From Nitrospirota bacterium (GTDB lineage: Bacteria > Nitrospirota > UBA9217), in the NCBI GenBank assembly GCA_963754875.1, contig CAVWHO010000020.1, positions 128,001-192,000 on the forward strand: a DNA stretch of 64,000 nucleotides, in the 5' to 3' direction. The notes below the pieces were generated by a model, which did not search any database, was not told where the DNA came from, and saw nothing but the letters and a program-made list of their open reading frames with translations. This document shows positions 20,898-31,794 of the stretch, in pieces. Position 1 is the first letter of the stretch, and each line of letters begins with the position of its first letter. Made by a program: the position numbers and the translations under genes.

Positions 20898-21422
20898 ATG
20901 CTGAAAGAGATTCTGAAAAATTTAACCACCCGAAAACAGACCATCCCTTTTCCAACAGGGTTCAACGTTACCCCGGAACAGGCGACGAAGATTGTTGACT
21001 TTCAGAAAAAGATTGATACAATCTTCGGTAGGTCGCTTCGCATCAGGCAGGTGGATGCGGGATCATGCAACGCCTGCGAATGGGAGTGCACGGCGCTCAC
21101 GAACCCCGTGTACGACATCCAGCGGTTCGGCATCGATTTCGTGGCTTCGCCGCGTCATGCAGATGTCCTGCTCGTTTCCGGCCCGGTGTCCCGCCAGATG
21201 GCATTAGCTCTCAAGAGGACATATATCGCGATGCCCACGCCGCGGCTCGTCGTGGCCTGCGGAGACTGTGCAAACAACGGCGGCATCTACCGGGACAGCT
21301 ACGCGGTCACGAACGGCGTGGCAAACGTTATTCCGGTGGATGGCTACATTCCCGGATGCCCGCCAACGCCGACAGCGATCTTACTCGGACTTTCCCGGCT
21401 CATCGAACAGTGCACGAAATGA
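20898..21422 (+). CDS. hyfI: HyfI/NuoB-like Fe-S small subunit (copy 1)
   Basis: DAGSCNACE, SPRHAD, GDCA, IPGCPP. Confidence 0.88.
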   Translation: MLKEILKNLTTRKQTIPFPTGFNVTPEQATKIVDFQKKIDTIFGRSLRIRQVDAGSCNACEWECTALTNPVYDIQRFGIDFVASPRHADVLLVSGPVSRQMALALKRTYIAMPTPRLVVACGDCANNGGIYRDSYAVTNGVANVIPVDGYIPGCPPTPTAILLGLSRLIEQCTK

Positions 21423-21511
21423 ACGGGATGGTGAGTTTCAGGCATGTATAGGTATGAATAAGAACTGATTTGTTTCAGGTTAAGATGCAGGGATAGACAG
21501 GGAGGTAGGGA

Positions 21512-23558
21512 ATGGAGCTTTCACCTATCAGCATCGTATCCTCATCTTTCGCGGCGCTTTTGCTTGTGCTGGTGCTGACGCCGATTCTGCGCCTGAAGCA
21601 GCATCTCCTCATCACGATCGGTTTCTCCCTCGCGAGCGTTGCATCGTTCCTTGCTGCGGGCGCGGGGATCTGGACCGTCGCCAGTAGGACCACGTATCAG
21701 GTCATTCTTCCCCTCGGCTTGCCTGATCTCCCTTTTCATCTGAGGCTCGACCTGCTGTCCGGTTTTTTTCTCACGGTCATCGGCCTCCTCACGTTTTTTG
21801 TGTCCCTTTACTCAATCGGTTACGTGAAAGGTTTTCTGGGGCACCGCTCGGTAACGAAACTTGTGGTCTTCTATACGTTATTTCTTGCAGGCATGTATCT
21901 GGTGGTCCTTGCCGATGACGCATTTTTCTTCCTGATCGCCTGGGAGATGATGGCGGCAGCATCGTACTTTCTCGTGCTCTTCGAGGACGAACGGGTCGAG
22001 AACAGGAGGGCAGCATTCCTCTATCTGGTCGTTGCCCACGTCGGGGCCATCGCCATACTTTTGTCCTTCGGCATCATGGCCGGGCTTGCGACGGGGTTCT
22101 CGGGGTTTGAAAGTTATGCCTTCGACGCCATGCGCAAGGCGGAACTTCCCGACGGGCTGGCCGCAGCGGCCTTTCTCCTGGCCTTCTTCGGGTTTGCCGC
22201 CAAAGCAGGCGTGATCCCGCTTCACATCTGGCTGCCCGAGGCCCATCCCGTAGCACCGTCCAATGTCTCTGCCCTCATGAGCGGCGTGATGCTCAAAACC
22301 GCTATTTACGGGATCGTTCGCGTCGTCTTCGACCTGATCGGCGTTTTCCCGTGGTGGTGGGGCGCCCTCGTGCTGGTCTTCGGTCTGGTGTCGGCTGTCA
22401 TGGGAGTCCTCTACGCCCTGATGCAACATGACCTGAAAAGACTGCTCGCATACCATTCCGTGGAGAACATCGGCATCATCCTCATCGGCATCGGCCTGTC
22501 GATGATTTTCACGTCCTTCGACATGTCTCTCCTGGCGGCACTGGCCCTGATCGCCGGTTTGTATCATACGCTGAACCATGCAATGTTCAAGGGCCTCCTC
22601 TTCATGGGCGCAGGAGCAGTGCTCCATGCAACGCATGAGCGCAACATGGAGGAGATGGGCGGCCTCATCAGGTTCATGCCCTGGACAGCGGTCCTGTTCC
22701 TCATCGGTTGCATTTCGATCTCCGCGCTGCCGCCCTTTAACGGGTTCGTGTCGGAATGGCTCACGTATCAGGCGTTCCTGCTTTCTCCCGCACTCCCCAA
22801 CCCGCTCTTGAACCTGCTGATCCCGCTGGGGGCGGCGCTCCTGGCCCTGACGAGCGCGCTGGCGGCGGCATGCTTTGTGAAGGCCTTCGGCGTCACCTTT
22901 CTGGGGCATCCGCGCGGGCACCATCAAGGACGCATCCATGAGGCGGACTGGTCCATGAGGATCGGCATGCTGCTTGCCGCGCTCACGTGCCTCGGACTCG
23001 GCGTTCTGCCCACCTACGTCATCGAATGGATGGACCCGCTCGCCGAGAAACTGGTCGGCGGTACGATCGCCGCATCCGCCTCGGGCTTCGGCTGGATGTG
23101 GCTCACGCCGGTTGCGGCGGAACGGGCCTCCTACTCGGCGCCGATTGCTTTCCTGGGCATCCTGTCCGTCGTGATCGTGACCTACCTCCTGCTCCATGCC
23201 CGGCCCGGCGCAATCCATCGCGACTCCGCTCTGGGACTGCGGGTTTGAAAAGGTCACGCCCCGGATGCAGTATACGGCCACGTCGTTTTCCATGCCCTTG
23301 CGCCGGATCTTCGGTTTTCTGTTCAGCATCAAGGAACATGTACGACAGCTCCCGCCGGAAACGCATCCTGCTTTCCCCGAACGAATGCACTACCATCTGC
23401 GGGTGGGCGACCGTTTCTGGATGCTGCTCTACCAGCCCGTCGTGGATGCCAGCTTCTGGATGTCGCGAAGGGTCGGGCGCATGCAACACGGCCGTATTCA
23501 GATTTACCTGATTTACTCCTTTGTGACGATCCTGGTCCTTTTGATATTTTCAAAATGA
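21512..23558 (+). CDS. hyfB: HyfB/EhrA-like subunit (copy 2), frameshift near 23220
   Basis: KAGVIPLHIWLPEAHPVAPS, LLAYHSVENIG; C-terminus WDCG..RMQYTA in ORF 23196-23558. Confidence 0.85.
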
Positions 23559-23656
23559 GCAGGAGACTCCTCCACAAGACATGATTTTGGCAATCAGTGA
23601 GCATCTTGGATTGATCTGCTTCACCGTGGTCATGAATTTATTTCAAGGAGTTTTCA

Positions 23657-24601
23657 TTGAACATTGATCCATTCATCGTAGAAATTCTCCAGGTCACTGT
23701 GCTTCTTTTAGCCGCCCCGCTCTTCGCGGGCTGGGTGAAAATGGTGAAATGCTGGTTTCAGGGCCGGACCTCGCCGAGTCTGTTCCAGCCGTTCAGGGAC
23801 ATCAGGAAACTTCTTGCCAAGGACGTAACGCTTGCCGAGAACGCGTCGTGGATATTCCGGTTCACGCCCTATCTCGTCTTCGGCGTCTCGGTCATGGCGG
23901 GCGGCATCATTCCCATGCTGTCCATGGACCTGCCGCTGTCCGCAACGGCCGACGTCATCGCTCTCGTGGCGCTCTTTGGCATCGCCCGTTTTTTTACCGC
24001 GCTCGCCGGCATGGACATCGGCACCGCGTTCGGCGGCATGGGGTCGAGCCGCGAGATGACCATTGCGTCTCTTGCCGAGCCCGCCATGCTGATGGCCGTA
24101 TTTGCCGTATCCCTGGTGAGTAAATCCACGTCCCTGTCGCAGATGGCCTCGGTTATCGCCCAAGGGCATTCCCTGCTCCGGCCGTCGCTGGTTTTCGCGC
24201 TCCTGGCGTTCATCCTCATCGCCCTTGCCGAGACGGGGAGGGTGCCCGTGGATAACCCGGCCACTCATCTTGAACTTACCATGATTCACGAAGCGATGAT
24301 CCTCGAGTATTCCGGCAGACATCTCGCCCTTATCGAATGGGCCAGCATGATGAAACTCTTTCTCTTTACGACCCTGGGTATTGCGTCGTTCTTTCCCTGG
24401 GGGATCGCGCAGGCCGGCGACCCGGTTAACGTGCTGCTCGCGCTGTTGGTCCTGCTGTTCAAGCTCGGGATCGTCGGTGTCGGGCTTGTGTTGATTGAGA
24501 CCGGTCTTGCGAAAATGCGGATTTTCCGGATAACGGAGTTCCTTGGCAGCGCGTTTCTCTTTGCGACGCTCGGGATGCTGTCGTATTTTATGCTGGAGTA
24601 G
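23657..24601 (+). CDS. hyfC: HyfC-like subunit (copy 2)
   Basis: GSSREM; ETGRVPVDNPATHLELTMIHE. Confidence 0.88.
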   Translation: MNIDPFIVEILQVTVLLLAAPLFAGWVKMVKCWFQGRTSPSLFQPFRDIRKLLAKDVTLAENASWIFRFTPYLVFGVSVMAGGIIPMLSMDLPLSATADVIALVALFGIARFFTALAGMDIGTAFGGMGSSREMTIASLAEPAMLMAVFAVSLVSKSTSLSQMASVIAQGHSLLRPSLVFALLAFILIALAETGRVPVDNPATHLELTMIHEAMILEYSGRHLALIEWASMMKLFLFTTLGIASFFPWGIAQAGDPVNVLLALLVLLFKLGIVGVGLVLIETGLAKMRIFRITEFLGSAFLFATLGMLSYFMLE

Positions 24602-24714
24602 GGAATTGAAAAAGTAGCATGTAGTAAGCAGCAAGGTGCAGGAAAAATAAAATAGGGAAGTCTGCATTCCCTTGCAACTTGACCCGTGCTGCTTGACCCT
24701 GACTGAGGTATGCC

Positions 24715-25380
24715 ATGAACATGCAGCTTGCATCGCAACTCAACAGTCTTCTCGCGGCCCTCATCCTCCTCACGGCATTTGCGCTGGTTGTTCAACGGAG
24801 AATGAACGCGCTTTTGCACCTGTTCGCATGGCAGGGGTTCCTGCTCGCCGTGAGTACTGCCATCGTCGGCTATGTCGGCGGGGCCCATGACTTGTACATC
24901 TCGTCTATCCTGACGCTTTCCATGAAGGTTGTTCTTCTCCCCTACATCTTGCACAAGCTCATCGTAAAATTGAAGATTCACCGGGAAGTGGAAACGGTCG
25001 TGAATGTTCCCGCTACGATGCTGATGGGGATTATCCTCGTCATTTTCTCCTATCATCTGACGGCCCCCATCAGGGAACTTTCCACGCTCGTGACCCGCTC
25101 GACCCTGGCAGTGGCCCTTGCCACGGTCCTGCTCGGTTTTCTCATGATGATCACCCGCAAGCACGCGGTCACTCAGATCATCGGGTTCCTTGCCATGGAA
25201 AACGGCCTCCTCTTCGCGGCAACGAGCGCCACCTACGGCATGCCGCTGGTCGTGGAACTCGGCGTGGCCCTGGACCTTTTGATTGCGGCGTTCATATTCG
25301 GAATGTTCTTCTTCCACATCAGAACGACCTTCGACAGCCTCGATGTGGACCAGATGGCGAAGTTGAAAGAAGAGGATTAA
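24715..25380 (+). CDS. hyfE: HyfE-like subunit (copy 2)
   Basis: GFLAMENGL..GMPLVVELGVALD. Confidence 0.85.
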   Translation: MNMQLASQLNSLLAALILLTAFALVVQRRMNALLHLFAWQGFLLAVSTAIVGYVGGAHDLYISSILTLSMKVVLLPYILHKLIVKLKIHREVETVVNVPATMLMGIILVIFSYHLTAPIRELSTLVTRSTLAVALATVLLGFLMMITRKHAVTQIIGFLAMENGLLFAATSATYGMPLVVELGVALDLLIAAFIFGMFFFHIRTTFDSLDVDQMAKLKEED

Positions 25381-25495
25381 GACAGTTTTTGTTTTCGCAA
25401 GGAGGCAAAGGACGCCGGAAAAACTTACGAGGTGAAGCTGCCTGTTTTCACCTTTGCGCCCCTGCGAGAAAAAGAACCAAGGGAATGAGGTTGAG

Positions 25496-26944
25496 ATGGA
25501 ACTGCTGGTCCTTTTAATGGTCCCCATAGTCGCGTCCCTGGCGCTGGCCTTCATCGGAGACAGGAAACTTGCGCCCGAAGTGAACATCCTCGGCTCGGCC
25601 GCGACCTTCGTTGCCGGCGTCAAGCTCGCACTCGAAGTCTACGAACGCGGGCCGATCCTGGCTGGAAACGATTTCTTCTTCGTCGATGCGTTCAGCGTCT
25701 ACCTGACGGTCCTCACTGCTTTCGTTTCCATGACCACCGCCATTTTCAGCAGGCGGTACATGCGGCGTGAACGCGAGCACGGCACCATCGGCCACAAGAG
25801 AATGCGCTTCTACCACTCCATGTTCCAGCTCTTTATCTTCGCCATGCTGCTCTGCCTGCTCACCAACAACGTGGGCATTCTCTGGATCGCCATGGAGCTC
25901 GCCACACTGTCCACGGTGCTGCTCGTTTCCCTCTACCGCACGCCCGCCGCGATCGAAGCGGCATGGAAGTATTTTATCCTCTGCGGCGTGGGTATCGCGC
26001 TTGCGCTCTTCGGTACGGTGCTCCTGTACTTTGCCGCGGAAAAAGTGCTCGGTGAAGGCGGCGCCGCTCTGCACTGGACGAACCTCGCCCAGGTGAGCGA
26101 CCAGCTGGAGCCGACCATCCTGTCCCTGGCCTTCGTGTTTCTCATGGTGGGATACGGCACCAAGGTGGGCCTCGTGCCGATCCATAACTGGCTCCCCGAC
26201 GCCCACAGCGAAGGCCCCACCCCGATATCCGCAGTGCTCTCGGGACTTCTGCTGAACATCGCCCTGTACGCGCTCGTCCGGTGCAAGGTGCTCGTAGACG
26301 GCTCGACCGGTACACACCATTCGGGCTACATCATGATGGGGTTCGGCATCCTCTCGATCATCGTCGCTTCTTTTTCGCTCCTGCGGCAGAAAGACATCAA
26401 ACGACTCTTCGCCTATTCGTCCATCGAACACATGGGAATCGCCACCTTTGCCTTCGGTCTGGGCGGACCGGTGGCCACCTTCGGCGCCCTGTTGCACATG
26501 CTGGTCCACAGCCTGACCAAGTCCTCCATATTCTTCACCGTGGGCCATGCTTCGCAGATGCACCGGACGCAGGAGATGGACAGGATCAGGGGGCTCATTC
26601 GCGGCAACCCTCTCGTGGGATGGGGACTGGCGCTCGGGGTCATGGCAATCGTGGGCATGCCTCCCTTCGGCGTATTCACCAGTGAATTCCTGATACTGAC
26701 GGCAACGATCAAGGATGCGCCGTGGTTTGCGCCCTTTCTGCTGCTCGGCCTCGGGGTGTCCTTTGCCGCCCTGTTCAGGAGGATGCAGCCCATGGTCTCG
26801 GGGGAACTGCCGCCCTATCAGCACCGCTTGAAGGTGGCGCACGTTCCGGTGATCCTCCATATGCTGATCGTACTCGTTCTCGGTCTGTATATCCCGAAAT
26901 TTCTCTCCGGGTGGTTCCAGACCGCAGTGGGGCTGTTGAAATGA
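25496..26944 (+). CDS. hyfF: HyfF-like subunit (copy 2)
   Basis: EAAWKYFILCGVG, WLPDAHSEGPTP; start reassigned to ATG 25496. Confidence 0.87.
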   Translation: MELLVLLMVPIVASLALAFIGDRKLAPEVNILGSAATFVAGVKLALEVYERGPILAGNDFFFVDAFSVYLTVLTAFVSMTTAIFSRRYMRREREHGTIGHKRMRFYHSMFQLFIFAMLLCLLTNNVGILWIAMELATLSTVLLVSLYRTPAAIEAAWKYFILCGVGIALALFGTVLLYFAAEKVLGEGGAALHWTNLAQVSDQLEPTILSLAFVFLMVGYGTKVGLVPIHNWLPDAHSEGPTPISAVLSGLLLNIALYALVRCKVLVDGSTGTHHSGYIMMGFGILSIIVASFSLLRQKDIKRLFAYSSIEHMGIATFAFGLGGPVATFGALLHMLVHSLTKSSIFFTVGHASQMHRTQEMDRIRGLIRGNPLVGWGLALGVMAIVGMPPFGVFTSEFLILTATIKDAPWFAPFLLLGLGVSFAALFRRMQPMVSGELPPYQHRLKVAHVPVILHMLIVLVLGLYIPKFLSGWFQTAVGLLK

Positions 26945-28513
26945 GCAGAATGGAACAAATCGTCAGGGCGGCCCTCGGGCCTGATGTGACTCGGGATGAT
27001 TCCCTGGCCCCGGCATCGATGTCCATGCTGGTCGTCCCGCGGGTGCGGTTTGCGGAAGCTGCCAAAGCACTGAGGAAAGAATATGCCCTGCTTGCCGCAG
27101 AGTGGGCGGCCGATGAAACGCTTTTGGAGAGAGGTTTCGGGATCTACGCCTGCTTCCGGAAGGAGATGGAATATCTTATCGTAAAAACATACGCCCCAAC
27201 AGATGATCCGACCTTTCCCAGCCTTACGAAAAAATTCGTCCCTGCTTACCGGTTCGAGCGGCAGATGAAAAGTCTCATGGGAGTGGTCCCTGTCGGCCAT
27301 CCCGATACACGGCCATGGATCAAGCACGAAGACTGGCCGGAAGATGCCTGGCCGCTCAGAAAGTCCTTTGACCCGTCACAGCCCCTGCCGAGAGTGTTCG
27401 GAGAATATCGCTGGATACGGGCTGAAGGCGAGGGGGTCTATGAAATTCCCGTGGGGCCCGTGCATGCAGGCATCATCGAGCCCGGACATTTCCGTTTTCA
27501 GGCCGTGGGAGAAGCAGTCATCAACCTTGAAGAGAAACTGGGCTATGTGCACAAGGGAATCGAGAAGCGGTTCGAGTCCCTGTCCTGGACGGAAGGCTCC
27601 CGGCTGGCAGGCCGGGTATCGGGAGACACGACCGTGGCCCATTGCCTGGCCTATTGCCGCGCCGTGGAGGAGATCAGCGGGTGTACGCCTCCTGAACGGG
27701 CGCTTTGGCTCAGGGCTCTCTTCCTCGAGCGGGAACGGATCGCGAACCACCTGGGCGATCTGGGCGCCATCTGCAATGATGTCGCTTTTGCGATCCTGTT
27801 GTATCAATTCCACCGGCTCAAGGAGATGCTGGTCCGGACGAACGGGAAACTCTTCGGTCACCGGTTCCTGATGGACACGATCGTGCCCGGCGGGACGACG
27901 GTTGACATCGATGCCGAAGGCGTAACAGCGGTCCTTGCCGAATTGGACTGGCTGGCAAAAGAGTTTGAGCGGATCGTGGTCATCTACGATGAAAGTGCTT
28001 CTGTCGAGGACCGGCTTCGGGACACGGGCATCCTGAGCCCCGAGAAGGCAAGAGACCTCGGCATGGTGGGGTTCGCGGCCAGGGCGAGCGGTCTGAATCT
28101 CGACTGTCGGATCCATCAGCCCTTTCCTCCCTATGACCGCATTACGGTGAACGTGCCGGTGCTGATCTCAGGCGATGTCCATGCCAGGGCATGGGTCAGG
28201 GTGGAGGAGATCAGGGATTCCATCCGCATCATCCGGGAAATACTGGACACGCTGCCCGAGGGCACCATCGCCCTGCCGATCGAAGCGCCGATGCCGGACA
28301 GGTCCGGATTCGCTGCTGTCGAGGGATGGCGCGGGGAGATCCTCTACTGGGTGCAGTCCGGCAGAAAAGGGGAGATCAAGCCGCTGCATGGTCCGGGACC
28401 CGTCGAGCCTGAATTGGCTGGGGCTGGAACAATGCATTCATGGAAACATTGTCCCCGATTTTCCGGTGTGCAACAAGAGCTTTAACCAGTCCTATTCGGG
28501 AAATGACGTGTGA
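26941..28513 (+). CDS. hyfG: HyfG/EhrL-like large subunit (copy 2), frameshift near 28380, no Ni-binding Cys motifs
   Basis: PVGPVHAGIIEPGHFRF, GRVSGD, C-terminal VPDFPVCNKSFNQSYSGNDV; ATGA overlap with hyfF. Confidence 0.85.
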
Positions 28514-28657
28514 AGCGCAAGAGGCGAAGGACGATGGAAGAGGGACGCAAAGGCTTTTCGTCCGTCGTCCGGGTGAGCGAAGCGAACGATTGTCCCTCGT
28601 GTTTAAGAACGTCGTCGCCGCGATATCTTGTTCGGACGGCATGTCTCTAGGAGCCTT

Positions 28658-29168
28658 ATGATCAGAATCCTTAAACAGATATTCCATACCGGTATCGTCA
28701 CCGAGCCGCTTCCCCCGATTACCGACCCCGAGCTCGAAAAAATATCCGTACGACTTCGAGGAGGTCATCCGACGGCGCTTCCAGGGCAGTCTCGCCATTC
28801 GCCAGGTGGACGCCGGTTCGTGCAATGCCTGCGAGCTCGAGATCCACGCGATCAACAATGCGATTTACAATTGCGAGCGTTTCGGCATCCATTTTACCGC
28901 GTCGCCGCGGTTCGCAGACATGCTGCTGGTCACCGGGCCGGTTTCCCGCAACATGGAGATCGCGCTGAAGAGGACCTACGATGCCACGCCGCAGCCGAAG
29001 CTCGTGGTCGCTGTCGGAGATTGCGGGTGCAACGGAGGCATATTCGGCGAGAGCTACGCGTCTTTGGGCGGCATTCATAATGTGATCCCGGTCGATGCGT
29101 ATATCCCCGGGTGTCCACCCACTCCCACGGCCCTTCTTCAAGGCATTCTTAGAACGATCGAAAAGTAA
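28658..29168 (+). CDS. hyfI: HyfI-like small subunit (copy 2), frameshift near 28745
   Basis: N-terminus MIRILKQIFHTGIVTE; DAGSCNACE, SPRFAD, IPGCPP in ORF 28806-29168. Confidence 0.85.
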
Positions 29169-29324
29169 CACTTGCCTTTACGCATCCTGCTTTTTCGTTG
29201 CTACCCTATCTGTCGGGTTGCCGTAGCCTGAAACAGTCGCGCAACACGAAAAAGTGGCCACGATAAATGTTTTTTGCTATACTTTGACCTAACATTGGCA
29301 AATCCATGCATCAGGGGGGGACTC

Positions 29325-29642
29325 ATGAAAATGGCTATGCTGGTCTTGCTTGCTTTGTTCTGTATTGTATCATCGGTCGCTCTGGCCGAAACCATAGGTG
29401 GCGGGGACCTGACGTTTAATCCGAAAAATGCAGCTCCTGTCATTTTCAGCCACCAGATACACGTAAACGAGAAAGGTCTCAAGTGCTCGGGGTGCCATTA
29501 CCAGGTGTTCCAGATGAGCAAAGGCTCCTATAAGATGGACATGAGCAAGATCACGAAAGGCGCTTTCTGCGGCAAATGCCATAACGGGCAAAAATCATTC
29601 GATGTGAAAGACCCCAACAACTGCGCCAAATGTCATAAGTAA
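29325..29642 (+). CDS. Periplasmic c7-type triheme cytochrome c
   Basis: Signal peptide; FSHQIH; three CxxCH motifs (CSGCH, CGKCH, CAKCH). Confidence 0.88.
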   Translation: MKMAMLVLLALFCIVSSVALAETIGGGDLTFNPKNAAPVIFSHQIHVNEKGLKCSGCHYQVFQMSKGSYKMDMSKITKGAFCGKCHNGQKSFDVKDPNNCAKCHK

Positions 29643-29653
29643 TCATTTCTTCA

Positions 29654-30520
29654 TTGACGATGCTGTTGCCGGAGGAAGTCGTGAACAGGGTAAAATTATT
29701 CTCCCGGTCCCTCAAAAGCGCACTCTTTCTCGGCCTGGTCTTTGTTGCCGGATGTCTCCAGCCGATCACGGTCCCGATGGAGACGATCCGTTATGACGCT
29801 CCGGCCGGTCAGGCCCACCGGCTGCTGTTCGTGTTTCTGCCCGGGAACGGCGATCCGATTACCGTGTTCCGGAAAGAAGGGCTTGTCGAAGCGGTGAGGC
29901 GGCGGGGCCTGCCCGCCGACATGGTCGCGGTGAACGCCCACATCGGCTACTACGAGAACGGCACGGTTTTGACCCGGCTCAAAGAAGACGTGATCGGCCC
30001 TGCAAAGGCCAAAGGATATGAACAAATCTGGCTCGTCGGCAATTCTCTCGGAGGCTACGGGTCCTTGTCCTATGCCCGCGAGTATCCCGACGACGTGACC
30101 GGCGTCGTGTTGCTGGGCCCTTTTTTGGGCCGGGAAAAAAGCGTCGATGAGATCAAACGGGCGGGCGGGATACTGCAGTGGACGCCCGCCGAAATTAAGT
30201 TGAAAACAGAGGATGAATGGGACAAGTATTTATGGCTCTGGATCAAGGACCGTGTCCAACAGGAAAAATTACGGCTCTCGGCCGGGGAATGCGTGCAGAA
30301 AGAATGCAATCCGAAGGTCTATCTGGGGTACGGCCGCAGGGACCGGTTTTCGTACGGTCAGGAGTTGCTGGCGTCGCTCCTGTCGCGGGAGCAGGTAATC
30401 GTCATCGACGGCGGACATGACTGGACGACATGGACCAGGCTGTGGAACCTGTTTCTCGACAGGAACATCTTCAGTGTGAAACCGCACTATGCTGCGGTCC
30501 CTCATGAAGCGGAAAAATAA
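29654..30520 (+). CDS. Alpha/beta hydrolase lipoprotein
   Basis: VAG-C lipobox; GNSLGG nucleophile elbow; GGHDW; start uncertain. Confidence 0.75.
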   Translation: MTMLLPEEVVNRVKLFSRSLKSALFLGLVFVAGCLQPITVPMETIRYDAPAGQAHRLLFVFLPGNGDPITVFRKEGLVEAVRRRGLPADMVAVNAHIGYYENGTVLTRLKEDVIGPAKAKGYEQIWLVGNSLGGYGSLSYAREYPDDVTGVVLLGPFLGREKSVDEIKRAGGILQWTPAEIKLKTEDEWDKYLWLWIKDRVQQEKLRLSAGECVQKECNPKVYLGYGRRDRFSYGQELLASLLSREQVIVIDGGHDWTTWTRLWNLFLDRNIFSVKPHYAAVPHEAEK

Positions 30521-30676
30521 TCCGTCATCATGTCCTCCCGCTTGAGAACGAAGATACTCTCCGATTCTCCTTCTTTGGTCATCTTGTAGCGCTATACTTG
30601 AATCAGATTATAGCCGATCCGGTGTCCCCGGCGCTGCTGCCTTGATCTTGACTTTTTTACCGCTTAGGAGAGAGAG

Positions 30677-31708
30677 ATGGAACCTGAGGTAAAACCGGTC
30701 CCGGGAAGGCTCGTTGTCTTTCTCATCGGCAAAACCGAAGAGAATCTCGAGACCGCTGAGGTCGTCGAGATTAGGGCCGTGAAAAGCGCGCCGAGCTATC
30801 CCGACGTCATACCCAAACAGAAGATCATCAAACTGGAAAAACACCCCATAGACGGCATCGAGGTCGGCTTCCTGGTCAAGACCTATCTGCCGGACGTGGT
30901 CGTGGTAGAAGCGTCGCTGGACCTCGACGACATCCTGGGCGACGTGACCCTGGATGTCAAGCGGTCGCTTATCAACGAATGCAGGAGTATCATGAGAGAG
31001 TTCACCTGCGACCAGGAGTATGACGAGGAGTACAGCGTTTACTGCATCTCCGGCTACACCGGCGACCCGGAAGTGTATTTGTCCATGCACGGCGGGCGGA
31101 TCGCGGAGTTCCTTAAAAATGAGCGGATGCCGCTCGATGAAGAAGAAGTCCAGGCCACGCTTTCGACGTACCTGAAATACGGGAAGGACGATATTACGGT
31201 CGTGGACTGGGACGGCGCGTTCATTTTCGATTCAGACGGAGACTTCGACAGCAATATCGAACTTTTCGAAATCGCCAATTTGCAGCTCTTGAAATCCCGC
31301 ATCCTCGCAGACGACCTTGATGAACGCCTGGAAAAAACGCTTCGGCTCATCGGCGCATCAAAGAAGCGGCTGCCGATCATCCGATCGGGTGAAGTGAGGA
31401 AGATCGTGAAGGAAATTATCGAGACCCGGACCCAGTCCATCCTCGAGTCGGAAGCGGTGGAACGGAACATCAAACTGATCGGCGACTGGTATTCGGCAAA
31501 GCTCTATTCGCTCATCTCAAAGAAATTCCACCTCGACAGCTGGAAGGCCAACATCAAGGAAAAGCTCGATACCCTCGAAGACGTCTACACCATGGCAACG
31601 GAAAACTTCAGTGTGTCCTACCGCGCGACGTTGGAATTCGTCATCCTTGCAGGGTGGTTCGTGCTCCTGCTCCTCTATGTTGCCGAGTTCCTGTTCACCA
31701 AGAAGTAG
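30677..31708 (+). CDS. Hypothetical protein with C-terminal TM helix (RMD1/DUF155-like)
   Basis: RBS AGGAG; 343 aa; helical core and terminal TM; family by resemblance only. Confidence 0.6.
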   Translation: MEPEVKPVPGRLVVFLIGKTEENLETAEVVEIRAVKSAPSYPDVIPKQKIIKLEKHPIDGIEVGFLVKTYLPDVVVVEASLDLDDILGDVTLDVKRSLINECRSIMREFTCDQEYDEEYSVYCISGYTGDPEVYLSMHGGRIAEFLKNERMPLDEEEVQATLSTYLKYGKDDITVVDWDGAFIFDSDGDFDSNIELFEIANLQLLKSRILADDLDERLEKTLRLIGASKKRLPIIRSGEVRKIVKEIIETRTQSILESEAVERNIKLIGDWYSAKLYSLISKKFHLDSWKANIKEKLDTLEDVYTMATENFSVSYRATLEFVILAGWFVLLLLYVAEFLFTKK

Positions 31709-31794
31709 CTGACATCCTCATCATCTCCCTGCTTTACATTCCTCCGCTCTTTTGTTACTATACCCGCCTCATATCTCACTCAAAAGGATTTTTT

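Noticed and set aside
13983..29168. Calling the Hyf-like clusters true [NiFe] hydrogenase-4 or formate hydrogenlyase
   Set aside because: Both large subunits lack the L1/L2 CxxC Ni ligands; no fdh or maturation genes nearby.
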